Notes under the pieces: model-generated
Seen by the model: the letters and a program-made list of their open reading frames with translations, nothing else
The model's database searches: none
Told to the model about the DNA's origin: nothing
In this document: positions 37,059-45,571 of the stretch, in pieces
Numbering within the stretch: the first letter of the stretch is position 1
Layout: the number at the start of each line of letters is the position of its first letter
Made by a program: the position numbers and the translations under genes
Assembly: GCA_049967195.1 (NCBI GenBank)
Contig: JBMFTE010000003.1
Location: forward strand, 1 to 48,436
DNA: 48,436 bases
Origin: Nitrososphaeria archaeon
GTDB taxonomy: Archaea; Thermoproteota; Nitrososphaeria; Conexivisphaerales; UBA164
Direction of reading: 5' to 3'

Positions 37059-37855
37059 TTTAAAAATCCCTCCTCCTTCAGCTTTGATATTAGCCACTCG
37101 GCAGACTCCTGCGGGCTCTTGTCTTTCAATATTTCCTTCTTTCTGGGAATTTTGCTTACGAACTCGGTTTTGGCCACAACCGTTGGCGATCCCCTCAGGC
37201 CGGTGCAAAGTATGTTCAGCTTTAGCTCGTTATTTGTCAGCATTTTAACCGGCTTTTTGATGACGGCTCTCAGCTTGTTTTCAAGCGTGACCTGCCTCGG
37301 GTAATGCGAATGCATCATGACAGTAACCAGAGCCGGCAGCCTGACCCTGTATTTTTCGATATATGATTCAAGCTGTCTTTTCACGACCATGGCACCGTCG
37401 TCCATGCTTGCTTCAGTTACATAATATACATAGGGCACTTTAAGCCATGAGGCAACCTGTGCCCCGATGTGTGCCGTTGAACTGTCAAGCGTTTCCTGCC
37501 CGGTTACTATTAGGTCATAGTGCTCGAGTGTTTTTATAGTCTCCGCAAGCACATATGATGTTGCCAGCGTATCTGCACCGCCGTATGCCCTGTCTGTAAT
37601 CAGGATCCCGTCGTCAACCCCCATGCCCAAGAGAAACTCTATGCCTTTCATGGCATTGGGGGGAGCCATTATCATGGCAGTTATCTTTCCACCGTATTTC
37701 TCCTTAAGTTCCAGCGCAAATTCAGCGGCGTCAAGATCGTGCGGATTGACAACGCTTGGAACCCCCTCCCTTACCAGCGTTCCTGTGTTTGGATCAACAT
37801 TGACTGTGTTTGTATTTGGAACATATTTGAAAAGCAGAACAATATTTATTCCCAT
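37055..37855 (-). CDS. fixA: ETF beta subunit, FixA type
   Basis: GTLVREGV..VVNPHD, DRAYGGADTLATS and GSPT.V. Confidence 0.92.
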   Translation of the reverse strand: MGINIVLLFKYVPNTNTVNVDPNTGTLVREGVPSVVNPHDLDAAEFALELKEKYGGKITAMIMAPPNAMKGIEFLLGMGVDDGILITDRAYGGADTLATSYVLAETIKTLEHYDLIVTGQETLDSSTAHIGAQVASWLKVPYVYYVTEASMDDGAMVVKRQLESYIEKYRVRLPALVTVMMHSHYPRQVTLENKLRAVIKKPVKMLTNNELKLNILCTGLRGSPTVVAKTEFVSKIPRKKEILKDKSPQESAEWLISKLKEEGFLN

Positions 37856-37866
37856 CTTGAACCACC

Positions 37867-38151
37867 TCAGCTGAACCTAAAGTAGATTCCCCTTCCGCTC
37901 TTTGGGAATTCCCAGTGTATTGCTTCCATGGGGCAGACAATCCTGCAGGTTCCGCATTCAACGCACCCTTCATAGCTGAACACCAACGTCTTTTCGCTCA
38001 TTGTATAGCAGCCTGCTGGGCAAAGCCTGATGCACGGCTTAGTATCGCAGTTCTTGCACTTTTCGTTATCAACGGTGATATGGGGATTAGAATCGACGTC
38101 CCATATGTCGTTGTTCAGTATATCCTCCAGCCTTTGTGCATTAGTGCTCAT
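37867..38151 (-). CDS. fixX: FixX ferredoxin
   Basis: PHI, C..C..KPC...CPAGCY, GCVECGTCRIVC and W.FP..G.G. Confidence 0.92.
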   Translation of the reverse strand: MSTNAQRLEDILNNDIWDVDSNPHITVDNEKCKNCDTKPCIRLCPAGCYTMSEKTLVFSYEGCVECGTCRIVCPMEAIHWEFPKSGRGIYFRFS

Positions 38152-39437
38152 AGATACCTCATCACCTCAATACCATCTGAAAGCAGCGTAAACGGCCCCA
38201 TGCCATTCTCCTTTGCAGAACCAAGGACCGTGCTGAACATCTTCTGCGATTCATAGTCAAGTGAGTAAATGTGCCTCATCATGGATGCCATCATTGCCGG
38301 ATATGCTGTAAAAAGCCTGCGATTGCGCATGAGTTTATGTGTGCCGCTAAACCTTTTTAGGTTTTTCATTATGAAGCTCTGGTCCAGCAGCTTTGTGTAA
38401 GCTGAAAGGTTTGCTGCCGACATTCCGCCCAGCCCGTGGGCCTGCTCTATTGCCCTTCCGGCAAGGTAACCTGAATATGCTGCAAAATCAACCCCCCTGT
38501 ACGTGTAGCCAAGGTTCAGCAGGAATCCTGCAGCGTCCCCGGCTATTAAAAGCCCATCATAGGCAAGCCGTGGAGGCATCAGGGCCCAAACGTCTTCCGG
38601 AATGAGATGCGCAGAATACTCCATTATTCTTGAATCTTTGAAGTACTTGCTGATCTTCGGGTGTGCCTTTAGCCTTTCCACATATTTGTAAATTTCATCA
38701 CTTGCGCCCGGTATGGCGCTGTCAAGCAGCATCACAAGGCCAATGCTCACGGAATCCTTGTTGGTGTATATGAAGCCGCCGCCCGGCAGCCCCGAAGTCA
38801 CGTCACCCATCAACGACCACGCCATGCCTTCACCCTCGCCCAACCCAAATTCATTAGTCAGGACCTCCGGATTTACCTTTACAACTTCCTTTACGCCCAG
38901 AGCAACATGGGATGGTTTCAAGGTGGGCACCGTGCCCGTGCTTTCCAGGACAAGCCTGTTCACCCCTTCCGCGTCAATTACGACATCTGCCTTTACGGAT
39001 TCATTCCCGGCCTTGATGCCGGTTACTTTATCGCCCTCCTTCAGAAGTCCGGTTACAGTTATATCATTTACCATTAAAGCGCCGGCGTTTTCAGCCTTAA
39101 GAGCCATCCATGAAGCCAGCTGGGACAGGTAGGTAGTAAAACTCTTGTGGTCATTCCCCTCATAATCCAGAGAAACCAGCTCGTTCCCGTGCACAAATGA
39201 CATCCTTTCCCTGGTCACCCACCTGTGTATTGGAGCCGACTTTTCAAAATCAGGATATATTTCTCTAAGCGGCGCAACGTACACCCTTCCCCCGAACACA
39301 TTCTTTGAACCCGGAGACCTTCCCCTTTCCAGCACCAGAACTTTGAACCCCTTTGTTGCAAGGTAGTATGCCGAAGCTGAGCCGGCGGGACCTGCACCTA
39401 TCACTATCACATCAAATTTATCAGGAACTTCAGCCAT
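38148..39437 (-). CDS. fixC: FixC flavoprotein (ETF:quinone oxidoreductase)
   Basis: GAGPAG, ERG..PGSKN.FGG, EYSAHLIPE and GDAAG...RGVD.A. Confidence 0.93.
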   Translation of the reverse strand: MAEVPDKFDVIVIGAGPAGSASAYYLATKGFKVLVLERGRSPGSKNVFGGRVYVAPLREIYPDFEKSAPIHRWVTRERMSFVHGNELVSLDYEGNDHKSFTTYLSQLASWMALKAENAGALMVNDITVTGLLKEGDKVTGIKAGNESVKADVVIDAEGVNRLVLESTGTVPTLKPSHVALGVKEVVKVNPEVLTNEFGLGEGEGMAWSLMGDVTSGLPGGGFIYTNKDSVSIGLVMLLDSAIPGASDEIYKYVERLKAHPKISKYFKDSRIMEYSAHLIPEDVWALMPPRLAYDGLLIAGDAAGFLLNLGYTYRGVDFAAYSGYLAGRAIEQAHGLGGMSAANLSAYTKLLDQSFIMKNLKRFSGTHKLMRNRRLFTAYPAMMASMMRHIYSLDYESQKMFSTVLGSAKENGMGPFTLLSDGIEVMRYL

Positions 39438-39648
39438 TTATGGCCACCCTTCTAAAATTTGAAATCCGCATATTTTTGCGTTGAATAATATTTATGATGT
39501 CACCGGATAGGCTGGGGGTTAATTTAATGTTCATTTTTTCTCCCATTATTGTAATCCGCAGTTATCTTAAAAACTTACCCTTTTTGCGACATTTAAACTG
39601 AAATGACAAATCCTGTGACAAAATTAGGTTATATTTAATGCTGCAAGA

Positions 39649-39716
39649 GTGCGGCTCATAATATATTAAAAGGGATCATCACAGTTCAGATACCCCAGAG
39701 CAATTCACTGCCGCAC
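39649..39716 (-). ncRNA. C/D-box guide sRNA downstream of rli1
   Basis: Minus strand reads: 7-bp terminal stem GUGCGGC/GCCGCAC, variant C box GUGAAUU, 12-nt guide, D' CUGA, 3-nt loop, C' GUGAUGA, 16-nt guide, D AUGA. Confidence 0.7.
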
Positions 39717-39756
39717 ACTGTATATCTGCTTAGCACGAATAAATGTTTTGCAATGT

Positions 39757-41523
39757 TCATTTTGAATAATAATATTCGCCGGTTGACTTCTGTTCGCGGT
39801 CCAGCCTGCTGCCTGGTTTGTTAACCCTCGGTCTGCTGGTTATTTCATCCCTTCTATATGTTATGTCCATGCCCCTTAGAAACACGTTCATTGCCTCCCT
39901 CTTGGGCAGCGGCCCGATGGCTGCCCCGTGAACATTTGGCGTGCCAGAAAATACGATTATTGAATCTGAAATCAGATCGATAATCATCAGGTCATGGTCT
40001 ATGACTATACCTGACCTGCCCCGCCTTTTCATGTAGTTTGAAAGTATCTTTGCTAGCGCAATTCTGTCCTCCACGTCAGTAAAGGCCGAGGGTTCATCAA
40101 GCGCATAAAGCATCGCGTCCTGTAGCAGTGTTACAGCAATGGCTACTTTCTGCAACTCGCCGCCGCTCAGCTCTGAAAGGTTCTTGTTCAGCAACCGGTC
40201 AACCCTGAGGGGTGTCATGAGCAGGTTCATGTTTTCAAAGCTGTTCCATTCCAGCCCTGCAAGAGCCTGCTCAACCGTTTTGTCCTCCTTCACTTCCAAG
40301 TACTGCGGCTTGTAGGCAATTTTAATCCCCAGCTGGACAGTTCCTGAATCATCGCGGTCCATGCCTGCAATTATCCTCAAGAATGTCGTCTTTCCGATGC
40401 CATTTGGACCCAAAACGCCGATTATTTCGCCCTCCCTAACGTCCTTGCCGTCAACATCCAGCCTGAACCCTGGATATGTCCTTGCAAATTTTGGAATTGA
40501 AAACATCAACTGTCCAGTGGTTTCAGCCTGAACAGCCGGCTCCCGGAACTTTATCAGGTAGTCCCTTATCCTTACATTTTCCTCCCTTATTTCCCCGGCT
40601 ATAAGGGAATTTATTCCCTCGCTGTTTGTCATCGGGTTGGATACGATGCCGTATACAGCAGGTTCGCCATAAAGTATGTGAACATAATCGCTGGCATAAT
40701 CAAGGAATGTCAGGTCGTGCTCAACCAGCAAAACACCGGCCCCACCTTCAACCAGTTCCCTGACAACCCTAGCGACGCGGTGCCGGTTATAGACGTCAAG
40801 ATAGGAACTCGGTTCATCCAGAAAGTAGAAATCAGCATTCTTGGACAGGGAGGCCGCTATTGCAACTGACTGCAACTCACCGCCGCTCAGCTCTGAAAGG
40901 TTCTTGTTCAGCAGGTCTTTAACCCCTAGCTCCTCAATTACGCGTTGATTCTCACCTGCTCCCAGGCTGTCGACCAGCCCTTGCACGGTTCCTCTGTATG
41001 CCTTGGGTATTTCATATACCGCCTGTGGCTTGACTGAAACCTTCAGCTCGCCCATTATAAGCGATTTAAAGTAGGTTGCATAGGTTGTGCCCCGGTATCG
41101 TTTTATCACATCATCCCAGGTAACGCTACTTTCACTGCCCAGGTTGGGCTGCATTGTTCCCGAAAGAATCTTGAGCGCCGTGCTCTTTCCTATGCCGTTC
41201 ATGCCAACAAGGCCAATCACATGGCCCTTTTTGAGCACGGGCAGCCTGTACAGCCTGAACGCGTTAACGCCATACTGATGGACCCTGTCCTTCCCAAGTT
41301 CAGATGGCAGGTTCACTATCCTTATAGCCACAAACGGGCACTTTTTTTCACATATTCCGCACCCTATGCAGAGTGTCTCATTTATAGTTGGATAACCGTC
41401 CTCCCCAAATTCCACAACCTTTTCCCCGGATATCTGAGGGGGGCAGAATCTCTGGCATTCATGGCTGCATTTGTCAAACCTGCATATCTCCCTGTCGATA
41501 ATTGCAACTTTTAGCCCTTTCAT
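39757..41523 (-). CDS. rli1: Ribosome recycling ATPase ABCE1 (RNase L inhibitor)
   Basis: N-terminal Fe-S domain (CIGCGICEKKCPF) and two NBDs (GMNGIGKS, GPNGIGKT), each with LSGGELQ; RPRVNK. Confidence 0.97.
   Translation of the reverse strand: MKGLKVAIIDREICRFDKCSHECQRFCPPQISGEKVVEFGEDGYPTINETLCIGCGICEKKCPFVAIRIVNLPSELGKDRVHQYGVNAFRLYRLPVLKKGHVIGLVGMNGIGKSTALKILSGTMQPNLGSESSVTWDDVIKRYRGTTYATYFKSLIMGELKVSVKPQAVYEIPKAYRGTVQGLVDSLGAGENQRVIEELGVKDLLNKNLSELSGGELQSVAIAASLSKNADFYFLDEPSSYLDVYNRHRVARVVRELVEGGAGVLLVEHDLTFLDYASDYVHILYGEPAVYGIVSNPMTNSEGINSLIAGEIREENVRIRDYLIKFREPAVQAETTGQLMFSIPKFARTYPGFRLDVDGKDVREGEIIGVLGPNGIGKTTFLRIIAGMDRDDSGTVQLGIKIAYKPQYLEVKEDKTVEQALAGLEWNSFENMNLLMTPLRVDRLLNKNLSELSGGELQKVAIAVTLLQDAMLYALDEPSAFTDVEDRIALAKILSNYMKRRGRSGIVIDHDLMIIDLISDSIIVFSGTPNVHGAAIGPLPKREAMNVFLRGMDITYRRDEITSRPRVNKPGSRLDREQKSTGEYYYSK
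40150..40913. repeat. 44-nt direct repeat (43/44 identical) inside rli1, copies at 40150-40193 and 40870-40913
   Basis: CTGCAACTC(G/A)CCGCCGCTCAGCTCTGAAAGGTTCTTGTTCAGCA occurs twice, 720 nt apart; both copies encode LLNKNLSELSGGELQ. Confidence 0.9.
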
Positions 41524-41541
41524 AAGCTCATATCACAAATT

Positions 41542-41610
41542 GGGGTCGGATCGTCGCGAGGTCCTCATTGCCTTCTGGCTCGGTCTGGAGCGGATACACA
41601 CCTCATCCCT
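41542..41610 (-). ncRNA. C/D-box guide sRNA upstream of rli1
   Basis: Minus strand reads: C box GGGAUGA, 19-nt guide, D' CCGA, GCC-AGAA-GGC stem, AAU bulge into C' UGAGGA (canonical k-turn), 12-nt guide, D CCGA. A BRE/TATA element lies about 22 nt upstream. Confidence 0.72.
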
Positions 41611-41630
41611 CTGTTAACTTTGATTTAACT

Positions 41631-41646
41631 GTTATTAACCTTTTTC
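41631..41646 (-). promoter_or_regulatory. BRE/TATA promoter for the sRNA-rli1 unit
   Basis: Minus strand GAAAAAGG-TTAATAAC at a spacing consistent with a start just before the C box. Confidence 0.5.
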
Positions 41647-41653
41647 ATATTTG

Positions 41654-42445
41654 CTATACCCTTTCAATAAGGTCCTTAATCCAGGATGACATGTCCCCCT
41701 GGGCCATGACACTGCTCATATCGATAGTCATGGGGGTTATGGAGATCTCCTTTTCATCATAAAGAGCATGTGAGTCAGTGCCGTCCGGGTAGCTTCCTGT
41801 CCTGTTTCCCCACAGCCACAGATACTCCCTGCCGCGCGGGTCAAGCCTCCTGTCAATGTAATGTTTGTACTTGGCAAATGATGCCCTGGTGATTCTTGCC
41901 CTTGTTGACTCCGTAACTACCACGGGAAAGTTCACGTTCAACAGGTGCACGCTGTTGGGCAACCCCCTGTCTAGCACAAACTTGATTATTTTCGCTGCTA
42001 TGTTTGCGGCCTCCTGGAATTCTGCACTTTCGGTCCAGGGGAAAAGTATATTTTCGTCGCTTGTCATTTTGGAAAAGGCAACGGCAGGATAACCCAGCAG
42101 CGCCCCCTGCACGGCTCCCGCGACTGTGCCGCTTGTATATATATCCTGCAACCCGGAATTGTCTCCCAGATTTATTCCCGTAGCTACAACTGCGGGCTTT
42201 TTGTCAAGCATTATGTTGGCAAGCAGCACGGCATCGGCGGGGCTCCCAGAAACAATGTGTCCCTTTGTGCCCTCCACTTCTATTTCCCTCACCCTTAAGG
42301 GCTTATGGAACGTCAGGCTCATGCTGCTTCCGCTTCTTGGCCCCTCTGGAATAAAAAACGTAACATCATCTATTTTGCTTAATGCCCTTATGAGGCTCTT
42401 CAGCCCAGGACTTGCCGGCCCATCGTCATTGCTTATCAGTATCAT
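41654..42445 (-). CDS. surE: 5'/3'-nucleotidase SurE
   Basis: SNDDG, GSPAD, GINLG.N, SGTVAGA, LNVNFP and DPRGR.Y.W. Confidence 0.95.
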   Translation of the reverse strand: MILISNDDGPASPGLKSLIRALSKIDDVTFFIPEGPRSGSSMSLTFHKPLRVREIEVEGTKGHIVSGSPADAVLLANIMLDKKPAVVATGINLGDNSGLQDIYTSGTVAGAVQGALLGYPAVAFSKMTSDENILFPWTESAEFQEAANIAAKIIKFVLDRGLPNSVHLLNVNFPVVVTESTRARITRASFAKYKHYIDRRLDPRGREYLWLWGNRTGSYPDGTDSHALYDEKEISITPMTIDMSSVMAQGDMSSWIKDLIERV

Positions 42446-42450
42446 TTCCC

Positions 42451-42651
42451 TTAATAATTAACTACCTTGCTTTTATCCTTTATACTTGATACCAGCGTAT
42501 CAACTTCATCGGGCGCTGCTGCATAAGTATAAAGGTATCTACCCACCCTTAACTTCAACTTTGCAGAGTCTTTTCTCTTAACCACCACTACTCTTTCTGC
42601 CCTGTCCAGCATGCTTAAAATTGTCTGTGCATCAAATATTTGCTTTGGCAT
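42451..42651 (-). CDS. rpl38e: 50S ribosomal protein eL38 (L38e)
   Basis: MPKQI...KLKLRVGRYLYT matches the eL38 pattern MPxxI...K[FL]K[VL]RxxRYLYT. Confidence 0.82.
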   Translation of the reverse strand: MPKQIFDAQTILSMLDRAERVVVVKRKDSAKLKLRVGRYLYTYAAAPDEVDTLVSSIKDKSKVVNY

Positions 42652-42745
42652 ACTTCACCTCTTACCTAGATAAATTTATACTTTTCCAATTCAGAAAGCG
42701 ATTCTGCGCAAAAGGTTTATTATCAGTAAGGCAAAAAACTCACCT

Positions 42746-43723
42746 GTGGTAAAACTCCCATTAGAATTTCAGAAAAAGTATATTTTCTCTAGGACTGGTG
42801 CTATGTCACCCTATTTGGTCAAGGGCAGCGGAATCGGCGAAGACGCTGCAGTGATAAAATTGGACGGACTGGGTTACCTAATAACTCACACCGACCCGAT
42901 AACAGATGCCGTTAAGTTTGCAGGCAAACTGGCGGTTCAGGTTTCGTCCAATGATATAGCTGTAAAGGGGGCAAGGCCTGAATGGTCGCTGGTGACGTTC
43001 CTTTTACCCGCCAGTTTTAGTGAGAATGAACTGGATGAACTTACGTCTGAAGTACACATTACCTCAAGGAAGCTGGGCATAGCCATTGCAGGCGGACACA
43101 CAGAATACACGAGCATGTTAAACAGGCCGATTATCTCTATTACACAAATTGGAATAAAAAGGGACGGCAAGCCCGTTGATATATCTTCGTCAAAGCCCGG
43201 CAATGTGCTGATTATGATCAACGAAGCAGCTATTGAAGGAACAGCTGTTCTTGCACTTGACAGGGAGCAGGAACTTGTCAAACGCGGCGTCAGCAGGACA
43301 ACCATTGAAAAATCGGCCAAGCTTATTGATAGGATAAGCATAATTGATGACGCGCTGGCCGCGGCTGAACTCGGTGTTGATGCAATGCATGACCCCACAG
43401 AAGGTGGAGTGATTGGAGCCATGGTGGAAATGGGCCTGGCATCGGGATTAGAAATTGAAGCCGATTCTTCACTGATTAGCATCATGGAGGAAACCTCTGA
43501 AATATGCTCGGCTCTCGGACTTAACCCCCTGGCCCTGCTATCAAGCGGAGCTGTGCTCGTCAGCGCAAGCAGCGACAAGGCCAAAATTTTAAAGAATAAA
43601 TTTGGGAAGAAGGCATCAATTGTAGGAAAATTTAAAATCGGACATCCAGGCCTCCTGCTCAAATCCGGGGACAAGCTTTTAAGGTACACTGAACCCCCGG
43701 CAGATGAAGTTTCTAGGCTTTAA
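42746..43723 (+). CDS. AIR synthase-related (PurM/HypE-like) protein
   Basis: GIGEDAA, TDPIT, NDIA, GGHTE and MHDPTEGG. Confidence 0.85.
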   Translation: MVKLPLEFQKKYIFSRTGAMSPYLVKGSGIGEDAAVIKLDGLGYLITHTDPITDAVKFAGKLAVQVSSNDIAVKGARPEWSLVTFLLPASFSENELDELTSEVHITSRKLGIAIAGGHTEYTSMLNRPIISITQIGIKRDGKPVDISSSKPGNVLIMINEAAIEGTAVLALDREQELVKRGVSRTTIEKSAKLIDRISIIDDALAAAELGVDAMHDPTEGGVIGAMVEMGLASGLEIEADSSLISIMEETSEICSALGLNPLALLSSGAVLVSASSDKAKILKNKFGKKASIVGKFKIGHPGLLLKSGDKLLRYTEPPADEVSRL

Positions 43724-44558
43724 GTTGCTGCTTTTTCCTGAGCTGCCCTATCAGTTCTGGCACCCTGTTCAGCTGCTTGCCTGTCGTGCCGTGCCTTACC
43801 ATCTGGAGTTCAGCCACAATACTCAGGGCAACGTCCACCGGCTCTTCCCCGCCTCCTATGTCAAGCCCCATCGGGGATGTTATCCTGGCCAGCTTTTCTA
43901 GACTGTAGTATGAAGACAGGTAATCAAGGAACTGGATTGCTTTGACCTGGCTTGCTATGAGCCCTATGTATTTATAGTCCCTCTCCAGAAGCGACTTGAG
44001 CGCTTCCTTTTCTATATCCCCCGAATAGCTCATGATCGTAACATATGTGTTTTCCCCGCTCGGCAGCTTTGGAATGGCGGAAGACGGCTTTTCTACAACT
44101 ATTTCTGAAGCTTCCGGAAACCTTTCCCTGTTTGCCCATTCAGCCCTGTCATCAACTATTATTATCCTGAACCCCAGCTGGGATGCAAGCTTGCTCAACT
44201 GGTAAGCCACGTGCCCGGCACCAAATATTACCAGCGTATACGGTATCGGAACTGACTTTATGTATAGGGTTACAGCTCCTCCACAGAGCATGCCAAGCTC
44301 GCTTGTTGATTCAATAGAAATTGTCCCATTTTTCCCGCTCTTCATATATTCCAGTGCCTTTTCTATTGAATATTTTTCAAGCACAGACCCTCCAACGGTT
44401 CCAGCTACGGTTCCATCTTTCCTTACAAGCATCATGGCTCCTTCATGCCTTGAGCTGTGCCCCTTGTACTCAATAACGGAAACTATTGCAAATGGTTCTC
44501 CCCTGAAAAGCAGTTCCTGCCCAACTTTAAATATCTCCGATATTTCCCTGGACGACAT
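43713..44558 (-). CDS. xdhC: XdhC/CoxI molybdenum cofactor maturation protein
   Basis: GTVGG..E, GMLCGG, FGAGHV, DDR, YIGLI and P.GLDIG. Confidence 0.88.
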   Translation of the reverse strand: MSSREISEIFKVGQELLFRGEPFAIVSVIEYKGHSSRHEGAMMLVRKDGTVAGTVGGSVLEKYSIEKALEYMKSGKNGTISIESTSELGMLCGGAVTLYIKSVPIPYTLVIFGAGHVAYQLSKLASQLGFRIIIVDDRAEWANRERFPEASEIVVEKPSSAIPKLPSGENTYVTIMSYSGDIEKEALKSLLERDYKYIGLIASQVKAIQFLDYLSSYYSLEKLARITSPMGLDIGGGEEPVDVALSIVAELQMVRHGTTGKQLNRVPELIGQLRKKQQLKA

Positions 44559-44656
44559 ATCTTAAACTGCCCCTATCCTGTATAAAAGCTAATCGTTAAT
44601 CGTTCAAATACAATAAAACTAAACAACAACGGTTATATTTATTCCGCAGCAATCCC

Positions 44657-44895
44657 CTAAAAATATCTGCCTCTGCCAAACCTATCTTCCAGGCATTTCC
44701 TTGCAGTAGCAACCCGGGCCCAAGTCTGCAAGCGTGATAGAGTGAGACAAAATTACCCGCGCGGAAGTGTACCGCTTCCCGCTTCTAGTTCCAGGATTCT
44801 AGAATTGCTATCCACCTTTTCCCCTGACTCTTTTATCGTGGAAAAAAGTCTACCGAAATATCCCTCTCTTCTTCTGTTTAAGAACCACTTTAAAT
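44657..44895 (-). pseudogene. Probable decayed class I SAM-dependent methyltransferase fragment
   Basis: RILELEAGSGTL (motif I-like), then a stop; ITLADLGP appears in another frame and ATARKCLE back in the first frame. Boundaries are approximate. Confidence 0.4.
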
Positions 44896-45044
44896 GATAG
44901 CTCAGGCATACTGCAGCTAAATATGGATTAAATGCGTTTGGAATGAGTTGCAGGCACATGCAAGGCTGAAAGTTGCTGATGCCCGGAGGGTTGGCCGGCA
45001 TGGATTTTATACTGACCGGGCAAATGTAATTTAAAAAAAGCTCA

Positions 45045-45209
45045 CTATGAAAGGTACTCTGTATATCCGCACTTGCCGCACGTAAGCCTGTTTTTGTGCT
45101 GCGCCAAAAAGGTACCGTTCCCGCACTTGGGGCACGGCTTCCTCAATCTCTTGACTATGCTGCCCTCCACGCTGTAGAGCTTATATACCTGAACCGGTTT
45201 GCCTCTCAT
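45045..45209 (-). CDS. rps27ae: 30S ribosomal protein eS31 (S27ae); absent from the supplied ORF track
   Basis: Translated by hand: [54 protein letters not shown] (54 aa); ATGA overlap with eS24. Confidence 0.95.
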   Translation of the reverse strand: MRGKPVQVYKLYSVEGSIVKRLRKPCPKCGNGTFLAQHKNRLTCGKCGYTEYLS

Positions 45210-45559
45210 TTGTGTTCAACCTTCTTTTCACTTTTCTTTTTTCTCTTCTCTTCCTGTATTTTCTTCCTTTCTTCTTTTGGAAGAAGCCTTAACAGCTGAT
45301 ATTTCTTGATCTGTTGCTTGGATACTGAAGGGTCGTCATAGGCGTAGAACAACCCGTCCACGTCCGTGGACCCAAATTTACCCTCAAGCTTAATCGGGAA
45401 AACCCTGTCGGCTGGCTTGCCCAGCTCTTTTGCAACCTCTTCTGCCGCCTGCTTTCTGCTGAGCTTGCCGTTCATGTTATTAAATAAATATTCAACCTCT
45501 ATACGCTTCATAAGAGGGTTATAGACCTGCCTCATGCAGACTACCATCATCAGGCTCAT
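45206..45559 (-). CDS. rps24e: 30S ribosomal protein eS24 (S24e)
   Basis: NPLMKR.E, SRK, KFG....G...Y and a basic tail; conserved eS24-eS31 order. Confidence 0.88.
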   Translation of the reverse strand: MSLMMVVCMRQVYNPLMKRIEVEYLFNNMNGKLSRKQAAEEVAKELGKPADRVFPIKLEGKFGSTDVDGLFYAYDDPSVSKQQIKKYQLLRLLPKEERKKIQEEKRKKKSEKKVEHK

Positions 45560-45571
45560 TTTTAAGCTTAG

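Noticed and set aside
36009-37208. Long N-terminal extensions in the ORF track (fixB, etfA, VOR alpha/gamma, HxlR, NTase-kinase)
   Set aside because: The extensions overlap neighbouring genes or promoters; downstream starts with stop-start coupling fit the protein families better.
40150-40913. CRISPR repeat or mobile-element terminal repeat
   Set aside because: There are only two copies, both in frame inside an intact rli1 at equivalent protein motifs.
43713-44558. Molybdenum hydroxylase or CO dehydrogenase locus
   Set aside because: Only the XdhC accessory gene is present; there are no catalytic subunits in the window.
44753-45001. 82-aa ORF as an intact gene
   Set aside because: The N-terminal half looks random, and the methyltransferase-like part stops right after motif I; treated as a relic.
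44945-45022. Possible third C/D-box RNA (CTGA motifs and a TGCCCGG/CCGGGCA stem)
   Set aside because: The candidate C and C' boxes lack correctly placed GA dinucleotides, so no k-turn can be drawn.
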